IMG/VR virus record: IMGVR_UViG_2711768806_000001
Reading direction: 5' to 3' (one strand)
DNA length: 64,000 bases
From: a virus
The notes beneath the pieces were generated by a model. It ran no database searches. It was given only the letters and a program-made list of their open reading frames with translations, and had not been told where the DNA came from. Positions 51,590 through 61,176 of the stretch are shown in pieces (position 1 is the stretch's first letter; each line of letters opens with the position of its first letter). The position numbers and the translations under genes were made by a program.

Positions 51590-52237
51590 ATGCCCCGATT
51601 GCTGGATCTATTCAGCGGGGCGGGAGGCGCTGGCATGGGATATCACCGCGCCGGTTTTGAGGTAGTGGGTGTGGATATTGATCCCCAGCCTAACTATCCA
51701 TTCGAATTTCACCAGGGCGACGCGATCGAGTATGCGACAGCCCATATGCATGAATTCGACGCCATTCACGCCTCGCCCCCGTGCCAATCTCAAACCGCCC
51801 TCACCAAGGGCACCAACAAGGCCAAGCGTGACCTTTATCCGAACCTCATCCCCCAGACTCGGGATCTCTTGGCAAGATTCGACGGCCCGACGGTTATCGA
51901 GAATGTCCAGGGCTCCGAGGTTCGGCCGGATTTGATCCTCTGTGGGGAAATGTTCGGCCTGGGAGTCATCCGCCACCGCCACTTCGAACTCAACGTGCCG
52001 ATCCCGACGATCAAGCACGTCAAACACCGGGGCAGGGTTGCCGGCTGTCGCCACGGCAAGTGGTACGACGGCCCTTACTTCGCCGTGTATGGAGATGGTG
52101 GCGGCAAGGGTTCCGTCGAGCAGTGGCAGCGGGCCATGGGCATCGACTGGACCGATGTACGCAAGGAGATCGCCGAGGCCATCCCTCCGGCATATAGCGA
52201 GTACATCGGCAAGTATCTCATTGAGCATGTTCGATGA
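51590..52237 (+). CDS. DNA cytosine-5 methyltransferase
   Basis: Motif I LDLFSGAGG, IV SPPCQ, VI IENV, X AIPPAY. Confidence 0.9.
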   Translation: MPRLLDLFSGAGGAGMGYHRAGFEVVGVDIDPQPNYPFEFHQGDAIEYATAHMHEFDAIHASPPCQSQTALTKGTNKAKRDLYPNLIPQTRDLLARFDGPTVIENVQGSEVRPDLILCGEMFGLGVIRHRHFELNVPIPTIKHVKHRGRVAGCRHGKWYDGPYFAVYGDGGGKGSVEQWQRAMGIDWTDVRKEIAEAIPPAYSEYIGKYLIEHVR

Positions 52238-52566
52238 CCGGTTTCGCGCCGGCCGTCCGAAGACTCATCATCGACCGCGATCAGGGCCTCTGCGCTCGCT
52301 GCATGTATAGCGGCGCCGAGGTACACCACAGGCGTCCCCGAGGCATCGGGGGCTCAAAGGACCCGGCCACAAACGCCCCTGCCAATGGGGTCTTACTGTG
52401 CCCGTCGTGTCACCGATGGATCGAGTCCAACCGAGATAGGGCCCGGCAAGACGGCTGGCTAGTGCGCCAGGGGCAGAACCCAGCCGATATCCCCGTCCGC
52501 TACCGCGGTGAGTGGGTTCTTTTACGCGAAGACGGCTCCATAGATCGTTACGAGGGGACGGAATGA
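52234..52566 (+). CDS. HNH endonuclease
   Basis: CARC..EVHHRRPRG.GG..ANGVLLCPSCH. Confidence 0.88.
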   Translation: MTGFAPAVRRLIIDRDQGLCARCMYSGAEVHHRRPRGIGGSKDPATNAPANGVLLCPSCHRWIESNRDRARQDGWLVRQGQNPADIPVRYRGEWVLLREDGSIDRYEGTE

Positions 52567-52790
52567 ATAAGCACGAGTACGCCAGGGGGCGGCCAGTACT
52601 TTACTGGGCGCAGGTGGATCTCGCGGCTCGGCTCGGCATCCGGGTGGGTACGGATTACGAAGGCCGTCACCGACTGCCGGAGGTGGAAGTGTATCGAGAG
52701 CTTCCGCCCGGGACTGTGTTCTTGCGCTTCGACGGGGAGTGGGGTCGCCGGAGGCCTATTGATTGGCCCCCGTACACGGAAGTCCTTTAG
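52563..52790 (+). CDS. Hypothetical protein
   Basis: ATGA overlap. Confidence 0.6.
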   Translation: MNKHEYARGRPVLYWAQVDLAARLGIRVGTDYEGRHRLPEVEVYRELPPGTVFLRFDGEWGRRRPIDWPPYTEVL

Positions 52791-52792
52791 GA

Positions 52793-53110
52793 ATGATGAA
52801 GCATAAGCAAACCGCCCTAAAGCATTGGTCGGGCGAAGTCATGGTAGACGAGGGTATCGCCACCCTTATCGAGAAGCTGTGGGGCCGGGGAGTCGTCACC
52901 GAGTTCTCCTGCCAGGGCTGCGGCGATAACCCCGCCTACATCATGTTCACCGACCTTGAAGAGGCCGTTGAATTCGTTACGGAGTCCGTCGAGGCCACTC
53001 AAATGTACGAGTTCGACCTGGCCGTCTATCCGCCGGTGAATCATGACTACCCACGGGGGCGGGTGACATTCCCCGCTGACTATGTGGAGATTCTGGAGGG
53101 GGTCTGGTGA
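52793..53110 (+). CDS. Hypothetical protein
   Basis: VDEGIA.LI..LW..G..T.FSCQG motif. Confidence 0.75.
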   Translation: MMKHKQTALKHWSGEVMVDEGIATLIEKLWGRGVVTEFSCQGCGDNPAYIMFTDLEEAVEFVTESVEATQMYEFDLAVYPPVNHDYPRGRVTFPADYVEILEGVW

Positions 53111-53385
53111 GTACGGAAACAGTCTCGATTGCCGAGTTGGAAGAAGTGCTCTCTGACGAAATCCCATGTGGGGGTATTCGCTGGCCAACGCCCCGCGACT
53201 GCCCGAATCAGGCAACGGCAATGCTCGTCTGCAGGCATGCGCTCGCCTGCCTGGGGCACAAGAGCGACATGAAGTGTTTCAGTTGCTATTCGACTTGGCT
53301 GCGGGCGGCGCTCGATGACGGCCGACGCGTGCGATGCGGTTGCGGGTGGAGCGCCCACGCGACCGAGGTCTACACCCCGTTATGA
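53107..53385 (+). CDS. Cys-rich hypothetical protein
   Basis: Several Cys pairs; overlap. Confidence 0.65.
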   Translation: MSTETVSIAELEEVLSDEIPCGGIRWPTPRDCPNQATAMLVCRHALACLGHKSDMKCFSCYSTWLRAALDDGRRVRCGCGWSAHATEVYTPL

Positions 53386-53395
53386 GAGGCCTGAC

Positions 53396-53713
53396 ATGAC
53401 CTACGGAAACTACAACAACCTCAACCTCACAGAGGTCGTGGAGGTTAGCACCTATCGGGAATGCTACGACTGGCGTGTTCTCGGGGTGTGGTGGCACGAG
53501 GAAACCAACTCTTATCGGGTTTCCACCGACGCGGGGTGTTCCTGCAACTCCCCGTGGGAGTACCGCAAGTCTCTTGAGGACTACGGCCCGCCCCTCACTT
53601 ACGTAGAGGCCCGCACGAAAATCCAGAAAGAGCATTTCGACCCGGATTGCTTCAGCGAAAAGCTGGACGCTATCGAGAAGCTGGTGCAGTTTGAGCGCAA
53701 CCGACAAGTTTAA
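53396..53713 (+). CDS. Hypothetical protein
   Basis: YDW..VW..TDAGCSCNSPWE motif. Confidence 0.75.
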   Translation: MTYGNYNNLNLTEVVEVSTYRECYDWRVLGVWWHEETNSYRVSTDAGCSCNSPWEYRKSLEDYGPPLTYVEARTKIQKEHFDPDCFSEKLDAIEKLVQFERNRQV

Positions 53714-54005
53714 AGGTCCGGATATCAAGCCGGGCTCCGAAGTCATTTACAAACGAGGTGATGATGAGTTCTCGGCCGTGGTCGAGAGCGTTACCTACAC
53801 TTCGGCCAGCCCGGTGATCTATGCCGAGCTCAACCGTTGGCAGAAGGCCCGGCGGGCTCTGACCCCGAAGCGCTGGCGTAAGCCCATCCCGGTCATCCGG
53901 GAGGCCCGGGGCCCTGAGATCCAGATCAACATGGTCGACTCCCTCTGGCAAGTTCGCCAACAGGTGCAGCTGATGGAGTGGATGCTCAAGCGTCCCGATA
54001 GCTAA
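53691..54005 (+). CDS. Hypothetical protein (start uncertain)
   Basis: KPGSEVIY SH3-like start; true start may be near 53724. Confidence 0.65.
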   Translation: MSATDKFKGPDIKPGSEVIYKRGDDEFSAVVESVTYTSASPVIYAELNRWQKARRALTPKRWRKPIPVIREARGPEIQINMVDSLWQVRQQVQLMEWMLKRPDS

Positions 54006-54014
54006 AGGAATGTC

Positions 54015-54941
54015 ATGAAAATCTGGGCAATGCGCGGACTCCCCGGAAGCGGGAAATCCACCCGGGCGCGGGAAATCGCCAGGCAACACGACGCCGTCAT
54101 CATCAACCGGGACCTTATTCGTCAGCAGCTCCTAGACTCCTGGTGGACGGGCAAAACCGAAGACGAAGACCGCGTCACCATTGCCGAGAAGGCCCAGGTT
54201 GAGGCATTCCTCAAACAAAACGTCAACATCGTCATCGACAACACGAATCTTAATCCGAAGTTTCTTCGCCAGTGGGCGCGGCTCGCCACCCAATACGGTG
54301 CAGAATTCGAAGTCGTCGATATCAAAACCGACGTAGACGAATGCAAGCGCAGGGCGTACCGGCGCTGGTCCCAAGAGGCCGGCACCCCACTGGAGCGCTA
54401 TATCGACCCCCGGGTGATCGAAGCTAAGGCCAAGCAGTTTCCCATGGAGAAGTGGCCGAAGATCGCGGCCGAGCCTTTCACCATCGAGCCGGTGGAATGG
54501 ATCGATGGACTGCCCGAGATCGTCTTGGTTGACATCGATGGGACTTTGTCGCATATGACTGGCCGCAGCCCTTACGACTACTCCCGCGTCGGGGAGGATG
54601 TCGTCGACGAACAGGTTCGGCACATCCTCAACCTAATCTGGTTTGAGTCCTTCTGTGGGGTATTCCTGATGTCTGGCCGTCCCGACACCTGCCGCACCGA
54701 GACCGAAATGTGGCTTGGCAGAAACTCCATCCGCTTTGACGAGTTGTACATGCGCCCGGCCGACGCCAAGGACGAGCGCGGCAACAAGTTGCCCGATTAC
54801 CAGGTTAAGTACCACTTGTTCAATGAACACATTCGCGGCAAATACAACGTCCGATTCGTTTTGGATGATCGTCGGCAGGTTGTGGATATGTGGCGGAAGC
54901 TGGGGCTGAAATGTCTTCAGGTCGCCGAAGGGAATTTCTAA
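54015..54941 (+). CDS. Polynucleotide 5'-kinase/3'-phosphatase (T4 PseT-like)
   Basis: GLPGSGKST P-loop; DIDGT HAD motif; SGR; LDDR. Confidence 0.92.
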   Translation: MKIWAMRGLPGSGKSTRAREIARQHDAVIINRDLIRQQLLDSWWTGKTEDEDRVTIAEKAQVEAFLKQNVNIVIDNTNLNPKFLRQWARLATQYGAEFEVVDIKTDVDECKRRAYRRWSQEAGTPLERYIDPRVIEAKAKQFPMEKWPKIAAEPFTIEPVEWIDGLPEIVLVDIDGTLSHMTGRSPYDYSRVGEDVVDEQVRHILNLIWFESFCGVFLMSGRPDTCRTETEMWLGRNSIRFDELYMRPADAKDERGNKLPDYQVKYHLFNEHIRGKYNVRFVLDDRRQVVDMWRKLGLKCLQVAEGNF

Positions 54942-55106
54942 ATGGCCCACGGTAAACATTCCTGGTTCCACAACGGGGAGCGGGACGGCTTCTAGTGGAA
55001 TTCTTCGCATTCATGCGGACACTCTTGTTGCTTTTCATCTGCATGGCCCTTATCGCCATCGGTGAACAGCTCAACGAGATCATCGACATTATATCGAGGT
55101 AAACAA

Positions 55107-55583
55107 TTGCCTGACGTAAATCGCGTCTGCATCGACTGCAAAAAGGCTGCCGAGGAGTCTGGTGCCGCAATCCCGAAGAGGAAGCCGGCGCTTAACGCCG
55201 ACGGCACCCCCGTTCCGGGCAACCGTTGCATCACACATGAGCGCGAGCGAAAGAAGCGGAGGCGAACTAGCGCCCGCGAGAGGAATTGGTCGAGGACCTA
55301 CGGCATATCGGCCGAGGAGTATTGGCTTATATACGCAGAGCAGGGGGGCACCTGCGCCATCTGCCAAAGGGCGAAGGGGATCGGGAAGAAGCCACTCTGC
55401 GTAGACCATGACCACGAGACCGGCATGGTGAGAGGCCTCCTCTGCAACCCCTGCAATGCAGATGTGCTGGGCCATGCCCGCGACGATATCTCGTTCTTCG
55501 AACGTGCAATTGATTACCTAACCTCCCCTCCGGCGGTGCGCGCCATTGGCAGGAGGGTGATACCCGAGCAACCCGAGGAGTAA
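55107..55583 (+). CDS. Recombination endonuclease VII
   Basis: CAICQ..LCVDHDHETG.VRGLLC..CN..LG; GAGGT SD before TTG. Confidence 0.88.
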   Translation: MPDVNRVCIDCKKAAEESGAAIPKRKPALNADGTPVPGNRCITHERERKKRRRTSARERNWSRTYGISAEEYWLIYAEQGGTCAICQRAKGIGKKPLCVDHDHETGMVRGLLCNPCNADVLGHARDDISFFERAIDYLTSPPAVRAIGRRVIPEQPEE

Positions 55584-55587
55584 CCAT

Positions 55588-55812
55588 ATGTCTACACCGT
55601 GTGCTGGTAAGTGGGATATTTTCTGCGGGGAAGACGGATATGGGTGGTCAGAGGCCAAAAAGATCTGCCAGACCGAATGCTCCGAGAAGATGCGAAACAA
55701 ATGCTTGGAGAGATGCCTGGCGTTTGAGGAGCATGAGCCCGTTCGCCTGGGTGTGTGGGGCGGATTAACCGCGCATGAACGCAACAAGATCTACGGCCGA
55801 AAGAGTTCATGA
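55588..55812 (+). CDS. whiB: WhiB-family transcription factor
   Basis: C..C..EC..CL...GVWGGLT..ER. Confidence 0.9.
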   Translation: MSTPCAGKWDIFCGEDGYGWSEAKKICQTECSEKMRNKCLERCLAFEEHEPVRLGVWGGLTAHERNKIYGRKSS

Positions 55813-56609
55813 GTCAGTGTGCTGCATCTCCGAATTGTTCCAAGACTCCATCGAAGTTTAAGCGGGGCATGTGCGGCGCCCACCATCGAGCTTATCTGCG
55901 GCGCGCCAGGGACGAGGGGGTGTGGCGGGGGCATGTGCCCGCTGGGCCAGTCCAGGAGCATCTAAAAGCCCTGGCCGATGCCGGGGTGAGCGCTCAACGC
56001 GTCTCGTGGGTTACGGGGTTAAGCCTGAACACTCTCCTTCAGATTCCCGAGCGGGAGTCCCTTTGGTCGACGACCGCTGACAAGATTTTTGCCGTCCGGG
56101 TGGATGGGAATTTCCGCGAGGGCGGCAGGGGCATGATCCCCGTTCTTGGGTCTCGGCGGCGACTGCAGTCCCTGCACTCCCGCGGCTTCACGGTCGCCCA
56201 CTTGGCCGAGCGCCTCGGTATGAGTGTTACCGCTACGACCAGGATTTTGCGCCCTGATGATCCGCGCTCGGTGGACAGGGTGGAGTCGGGGACGGCGCGC
56301 AAGATCGACGCCCTGTGGCGCGAGCTGCAACTTGCTGCCCCGCCGCAGGGCCCCGCGTGCACCAAGGCTCGCAGGCGTGCGGCAAAGCTCGGCTGGCCGG
56401 ACCCCCTGGCTTGGGAAGAGAACGAGATCGATGACCCGAGGGCTCGGCCGCGCATTGACCCCACCCACCTCACCAAGGGACGCCTTGAGGAGTACAAGAA
56501 GCTCCGCGACCAAGGCTTGACCAAGAAGGAAATAGCGAAGCGATTCAACCTCAACGAGTCGACTTTGTATGACTGGATCAACCGCCAGAAAGCCAAGGGA
56601 AATCTATGA
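55809..56609 (+). CDS. Multi-HTH DNA-binding protein
   Basis: RRRLQSL..G..LA.RLG; C-terminal TKKEIAKRFNLNESTLYDW. Confidence 0.8.
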   Translation: MSQCAASPNCSKTPSKFKRGMCGAHHRAYLRRARDEGVWRGHVPAGPVQEHLKALADAGVSAQRVSWVTGLSLNTLLQIPERESLWSTTADKIFAVRVDGNFREGGRGMIPVLGSRRRLQSLHSRGFTVAHLAERLGMSVTATTRILRPDDPRSVDRVESGTARKIDALWRELQLAAPPQGPACTKARRRAAKLGWPDPLAWEENEIDDPRARPRIDPTHLTKGRLEEYKKLRDQGLTKKEIAKRFNLNESTLYDWINRQKAKGNL

Positions 56610-56629
56610 GTCGCCGCAAGGGGGATTAG

Positions 56630-57169
56630 TTGGACCGCTGCCAATCCGGCCCATACTGCGTGGCCGCCACCCCCGACGGCGCAGCCCTCACCGCCAAGAT
56701 CATATGCCAGAGATGCCTCACAAGACTCCAGGAACAATACGACGAGCTCCCCACCATCCGGAGAGTTCTGGAGATGTTCAAGGGGGGATTGTGGGGCCAG
56801 TCCGGCGAAGCCAAGGTCACCTCATCGAACGAACCCTCACCCCCGTTGAACGTCCATTGCCTGGATGTGATCGACGAGGTTGAGGAAGTTCTCGAAGATG
56901 TGGGCAACCTCCCTGTAGCCGATCTAGCGAGACATGAGAATGGCGTCTCCCGGGCTTTGCGGATCGGGAGGGCGTGGCGGCAGTCCGACGGCATTATCGG
57001 CATATCCAGGGCGTGGAGCCGGCGCCTTGTCAAATGCCCGGAATGTGTTCAAAGAACCCTTGGAAGTTTCGCGGGATCAGACACCATCGAGTGTTTGAAC
57101 TGCAGCCACCGTCTCACCAGGGATGAGTATTCGATGCTTTGTTTCACCTCACTGAAGGAGGGCTCATGA
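56630..57169 (+). CDS. Zinc-ribbon hypothetical protein
   Basis: C..C and CPEC...CLNC; GGGGG SD before TTG. Confidence 0.75.
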   Translation: MDRCQSGPYCVAATPDGAALTAKIICQRCLTRLQEQYDELPTIRRVLEMFKGGLWGQSGEAKVTSSNEPSPPLNVHCLDVIDEVEEVLEDVGNLPVADLARHENGVSRALRIGRAWRQSDGIIGISRAWSRRLVKCPECVQRTLGSFAGSDTIECLNCSHRLTRDEYSMLCFTSLKEGS

Positions 57170-57525
57170 GCGAGTTGGGCCAAAAGCTCATCCCCTTCAA
57201 ATGCATCCAGGACCGCATAGTCGAACTCGCCAAAGAACAACCTTGGCGCAAGTCCATCGGTGCATACTTCATCTCCGGGCAGCCCGAATGCATCATCGGA
57301 CACGTCTTGGCCGATATCGGGGTGGGCGCCGACGGCACCCGACTGGTCAACAAAAATGGCGTCCCCACCTCATCGGTCAGCCACCTAGCTGACACATTCG
57401 ACTGGAACGAGTTCGGCGTCCAAACCCCCACCAGACGTCAAATCGGATGGGTGCAGGTGGTCCAGTCCCGCCAGGATTGCGGAGACGTCTGGGGGGAAGC
57501 CGTCAAGAGAGCGGGAAGGCAATGA
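57166..57525 (+). CDS. Hypothetical protein, paralog of 50583-50903
   Basis: MSELGQKLI...PECIIGH...QDCGDVWGEAV. Confidence 0.75.
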   Translation: MSELGQKLIPFKCIQDRIVELAKEQPWRKSIGAYFISGQPECIIGHVLADIGVGADGTRLVNKNGVPTSSVSHLADTFDWNEFGVQTPTRRQIGWVQVVQSRQDCGDVWGEAVKRAGRQ

Positions 57526-57590
57526 AGAAACTCTACCGCCGCGCGTCGGCATACCTGTTCTACCTCTATTGGCGCCTCACCGGCCGCTAA
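57522..57590 (+). CDS. 22-aa peptide MKKLYRRASAYLFYLYWRLTGR
   Basis: ATGA overlap, GAAGG SD, fills gap. Confidence 0.45.
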   Translation: MKKLYRRASAYLFYLYWRLTGR

Positions 57591-57611
57591 CCCAACAACC
57601 AAAGGAAACAC

Positions 57612-58283
57612 ATGAGCCTCAGTAAACCTCATAGCAGCAATTCTCCCGTAAAGCGCTGGTTTAAGCTTAAGGGAACGAACGGCGGGGGCATCACGTATTG
57701 GGATAAGTCCGCAGAGGCGGAGCGCGCCGTCAGCACCCCGTTCCATTTCGTGGTACTGGATAGTCTGAATTCCATCACCGGATTCCACAAGCCCAGCAAC
57801 ACCGGTATCCGCAGCAATGAGATCCGCGACACCCGGACGGAGCCCCTGGTGGTTCGCGCGGGCGCCACCGTACTCGCCGAAGGCCTCTATAACGACATCA
57901 AAGATGTGATGAAGGGCAAGGGGGGCAAGTTTGCCAACAGCCTGTACGTCGCCTTCAAAGACGGCGACGAGCTGGTGATCGGCAACCTTCTCTTGTCGGG
58001 CGCGGCCCTCTCCGAATTCTTCGACTTCAAGAAGGGGAAAAGCCTCGACAAGGAGCCGGGTGTAGCCATCACCGGCTTCGACGGCCCCCACATGGCGGGC
58101 ACGAACGAATACTGGGTGCCGGTCTTCGGCTCCTGGACCCCCCAAGACCTGAGCGCGGCCATCGCCCTAGATGAAACGCTCCAGGCGTATCTGGACGGCA
58201 CGGGCCAGGCGGAGGAGCCCACGGCGTCGGAGCCGTCATTCGGCGGGGGCAATGACGACTTCGAAGAAATGCCCCCCTTCTGA
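57612..58283 (+). CDS. Putative single-stranded DNA-binding protein
   Basis: Beta-rich core; acidic tail DDFEEMPPF; next to primase. Confidence 0.55.
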   Translation: MSLSKPHSSNSPVKRWFKLKGTNGGGITYWDKSAEAERAVSTPFHFVVLDSLNSITGFHKPSNTGIRSNEIRDTRTEPLVVRAGATVLAEGLYNDIKDVMKGKGGKFANSLYVAFKDGDELVIGNLLLSGAALSEFFDFKKGKSLDKEPGVAITGFDGPHMAGTNEYWVPVFGSWTPQDLSAAIALDETLQAYLDGTGQAEEPTASEPSFGGGNDDFEEMPPF

Positions 58284-58303
58284 GAGAAGATTGAGGAATC
58301 TCA

Positions 58304-58956
58304 TTGCTAACTTATAGTCAATGTCGGTCATGCAATGAAATCCTCCAGGTGACGTGGGTCGGCCAGGAGACCCATCCCTCCTGCCCGCAGACCGAAGAAG
58401 AGTTGAAGCTTCGGGCATTCGTTGACGCAATTCAACGCGGGGATGAATCCGCGGCCGACAAGCTAGAGGCGGAGATCAACAAGCCCAAGCCCGCAAAGCT
58501 TGGGCCCTCCGCCCTCTGGTACGCCAAGAAGGCGGGCTGGGCCGTCTTCCCGCTCGTGCCAGGGGAGAAGCGCCCGGCCACCAGGAACGGATTCAAGGAC
58601 GCCACCCGAGACGGGGCGCAGATCCGCCGCTGGTGGACGGAGAACCCGAACTACAACATCGGACTCCCCACCGGGAAAACGGCGGGTTTCGATGTGGTGG
58701 ACGTGGATGGGCCCCAGGGCGTGCAATCTCTCGCCGAGTTGGGGAGGGTGTTTTACCGCCCGTACACGGCAAGGTTGAAACACCCAGAGGGTTTCATCTC
58801 TACGTCCTGGGGACGGCCGACGGCAATCGCGCCGGCGTCCGTCCGGGTATCGACTACAGATCAGAGGGCGGCTTCGTCGTTGCCGTCCCGTCCATCGTGA
58901 ATGGGAAGAGGTACTCGTGGGTGGTGCGGCCCAGCCCGGAGATCATGAGGGCGTAA
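58304..58956 (+). pseudogene. Bifunctional DNA primase/polymerase (Prim-Pol) with -1 frameshift at 58741-58744
   Basis: WAVFPL.PGEKRP, NIGLPTG, VVDVD in frame A; VETPRGFHLY, GIDYR..GGFVVA.PS in frame B; fused product about 217 aa. Confidence 0.8.
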
Positions 58957-59603
58957 AGCGGAGGTCGAGGCCCCTATCGGATAGGTTTTGGCCGAAGGTC
59001 GGCGGCGACACGCCTATCGAATGTTGGCCATGGCTCGCATCCCTTAATGACGGAGGGTACGGGCAGATCAACTTTAAAGGGCGCCCGCATCGGGCCCATC
59101 GCATCGCGTACGAGTTTCTGGTCGGGCCGATCCCCGAGGGTCTCGTGCTCGATCATCTTTGCCGCAACAGGCGATGCGTCAATCCGTGGCACCTTGAGCC
59201 GGTGACCGACGAGGAGAACATCCGCCGCGGTCGGCGAGACTCTCCGCCTCGACCCCCGAGGCCCAAGTGCAAGAACGGCCATAAATACACCGCAGAGAAC
59301 ACCCGTATCGACTCGGAGGGGTACCGCCGCTGCCGGACGTGCGAGAGGCGCGATAGTCTCGCCGGCTACTATCGCCGGTCAAGGTTTGCGAAGCTGGAGC
59401 GGGCGAACTGCACGCATTGCTCCAAGGATGTGGCGATTCATAAACACTCGCGCCAGTTCGCTCACCACATGATCGGTATCGAGGGATGCCTTTTCGGGTG
59501 CTGCGGGGCGAACGATACGTGCCCGGGGACGCTTCGCCTGGCCGATGAGGCCGCCCGGCGGCTTGACGATCGCTCGGGCCTTCGGGAATGGAAAAGGTCA
59601 TGA
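58917..59603 (+). CDS. HNH endonuclease (start uncertain)
   Basis: AHRIAYE..GPIPEGLVLDHLCRNRRCVNPWHLEPVT..EN; C-terminal CKNGH..ENT..CRTC. Confidence 0.9.
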   Translation: MGGAAQPGDHEGVKRRSRPLSDRFWPKVGGDTPIECWPWLASLNDGGYGQINFKGRPHRAHRIAYEFLVGPIPEGLVLDHLCRNRRCVNPWHLEPVTDEENIRRGRRDSPPRPPRPKCKNGHKYTAENTRIDSEGYRRCRTCERRDSLAGYYRRSRFAKLERANCTHCSKDVAIHKHSRQFAHHMIGIEGCLFGCCGANDTCPGTLRLADEAARRLDDRSGLREWKRS

Positions 59604-59848
59604 AATCTCGCCTCCGGAGTTGGTGGCTAGGCTTACCATTCCCGCTCTGGACCCTTAGCGCCTGCAAGCCCTTTTCGCCTTGGTGCTTTATCGAGGAGAT
59701 CTTGTCGGCCGCCTTCCCGCTCACCTTCGGGTGGTGCGACCTCGAGAAGGGATTGTGGCACGAGACCTTTATGAGCGAGTGGATTCACGATAAGCACAAC
59801 GCCGCCATTGAGAAGTATTACGACAAGAGGGATCGTGCTCGACGTTAA
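59600..59848 (+). CDS. Hypothetical protein
   Basis: ATGA overlap. Confidence 0.6.
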   Translation: MKSRLRSWWLGLPFPLWTLSACKPFSPWCFIEEILSAAFPLTFGWCDLEKGLWHETFMSEWIHDKHNAAIEKYYDKRDRARR

Positions 59849-60026
59849 AGAAATGACGCCGGACGAGTTGTTTGCGCATCTGGGCGTTCCAGATATGCCC
59901 GACGAGGACCGTGTCGACCTACTCGCTCACATGCACGCTTGGTCCCGAACGGTGCTGCCGGGCCCCAATCAATGGTGGCTCAAGGCGCTCTTCCTCGCTG
60001 CCGCCTGGAGAAGGGCGAACGGATGA
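59835..60026 (+). CDS. Hypothetical protein
   Basis: GAGGG SD; packed run. Confidence 0.6.
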   Translation: MLDVKEMTPDELFAHLGVPDMPDEDRVDLLAHMHAWSRTVLPGPNQWWLKALFLAAAWRRANG

Positions 60027-60145
60027 CCGTTGAGGATGTTGACGAAGACCTGGGCGTATTCGTCGGCTCAGAAATCCTCGACTACGACGAGGAAAACGAC
60101 GTTATCTACTACGCCCTTTACTACAAGGATCGGGAAATAAAGTGA
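60023..60145 (+). CDS. Hypothetical acidic 40-aa protein
   Basis: Overlaps both neighbours. Confidence 0.55.
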   Translation: MTVEDVDEDLGVFVGSEILDYDEENDVIYYALYYKDREIK

Positions 60146-60453
60146 TGATTGAAACAACCCTGCCGCCACTGACCCCACAGGACTTCGAAACCCTGTTCAA
60201 CGGACGCACTTACCCATTCTTCGAGGATGAGAATGCGGGGGGACTGTATGCATATGGGGATATCGATCCGGCGGAGTTCGCGCGATTGGCCAACATCTAC
60301 GACATCGTGGTCGGCGGGCTCGACCCCGAAGACGCCTGCTACAAAGCCGAGGATGTTTACGTTCAATGGGCCGTGCGCATTGATGAAGAGCGGTTCAAGT
60401 GGGTCAAATCTGACACCCCCAACGCCTTCTCCGTGGCAATCCTGGACCGATGA
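60142..60453 (+). CDS. Hypothetical protein
   Basis: Packed run. Confidence 0.7.
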   Translation: MMIETTLPPLTPQDFETLFNGRTYPFFEDENAGGLYAYGDIDPAEFARLANIYDIVVGGLDPEDACYKAEDVYVQWAVRIDEERFKWVKSDTPNAFSVAILDR

Positions 60454-60472
60454 GTGCCGAAGGAGAAATCGG

Positions 60473-60862
60473 ATGGCAATAGTGGTTCTCACTAAAGACC
60501 ACGGGGAGATCCCGCACAAGGAAGCGGTGAGCGCTTCGCACTCGGATGACGGGTTTCTGGAGATCGAGACACATAGCGGGGACTCGATCGCGGTCTACGC
60601 GCCGGGCACCTGGGTGTCGGCGACGAAGGTCGAGCTGACGAAAGAGGTCGTTAAGGCGAAGCCTCGGGCGTGGTACTGCTGGACTTCGGTTCCCGAGGGC
60701 GTCGTCGTAACCGACAAGTGCGGCGGAACCTACCGACGAGGGCAGGGAGGCTCCTGGGAGGTCCTGCTCGACTACGACTTCGATCTGTCGGAGTGGGAAG
60801 AGTCTTCCGTACCCGTCGGGGACCGGAACCTCTACGCCCCCTTCACCGAGGTGATCGCATGA
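60473..60862 (+). CDS. Hypothetical protein
   Basis: AAGGAG SD; YAPFTEV C-terminus. Confidence 0.7.
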   Translation: MAIVVLTKDHGEIPHKEAVSASHSDDGFLEIETHSGDSIAVYAPGTWVSATKVELTKEVVKAKPRAWYCWTSVPEGVVVTDKCGGTYRRGQGGSWEVLLDYDFDLSEWEESSVPVGDRNLYAPFTEVIA

Positions 60863-61176
60863 CCGAATCCATCCTCGACGGGGCAATGACCGCCGAAGAG
60901 ATCCTCCGCGAACTCGCCAAGCCCCTCGATCCTGACGCCCGGATGCAAGCCCATTACTACGGCTTTGAGCCTACGGGTTTGGCGGTGATTGACCGCATCC
61001 TCTCGGCGGTAGCCACCGCCGGGAAGAGGTACCACGACACCTCGGAGTGGAACGACCCGTGGAGCGATGAAGAAATGACCCAAGAGGACTGCATTCAGAT
61101 GGCGGCGGAGGAGTCCGCCGAGCAGGTCCGCCTACTCCTCGCCGTAGCGGAGTCACTCCTCGTGGGGGAGGAATGA
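60859..61176 (+). CDS. Hypothetical protein
   Basis: YYGFEPTG..ID.ILSAVATAGK.YH.T. Confidence 0.75.
   Translation: MTESILDGAMTAEEILRELAKPLDPDARMQAHYYGFEPTGLAVIDRILSAVATAGKRYHDTSEWNDPWSDEEMTQEDCIQMAAEESAEQVRLLLAVAESLLVGEE

Noticed and set aside
54015-54941. Complete tRNA-repair system (PNK plus RNA ligase)
   Set aside because: No RNA ligase motif recognised in this window; it may lie outside
56606-56629. In-frame ATG...TAG before ORF 56630 (possible premature stop or readthrough)
   Set aside because: TTG 56630 has its own GGGGG SD; the seven upstream codons are not needed
58741-58756. Programmed -1 slippery site in the primase
   Set aside because: GGGGAGGG and GTGTTTT do not fit X-XXY-YYZ, and no obvious stimulatory hairpin follows
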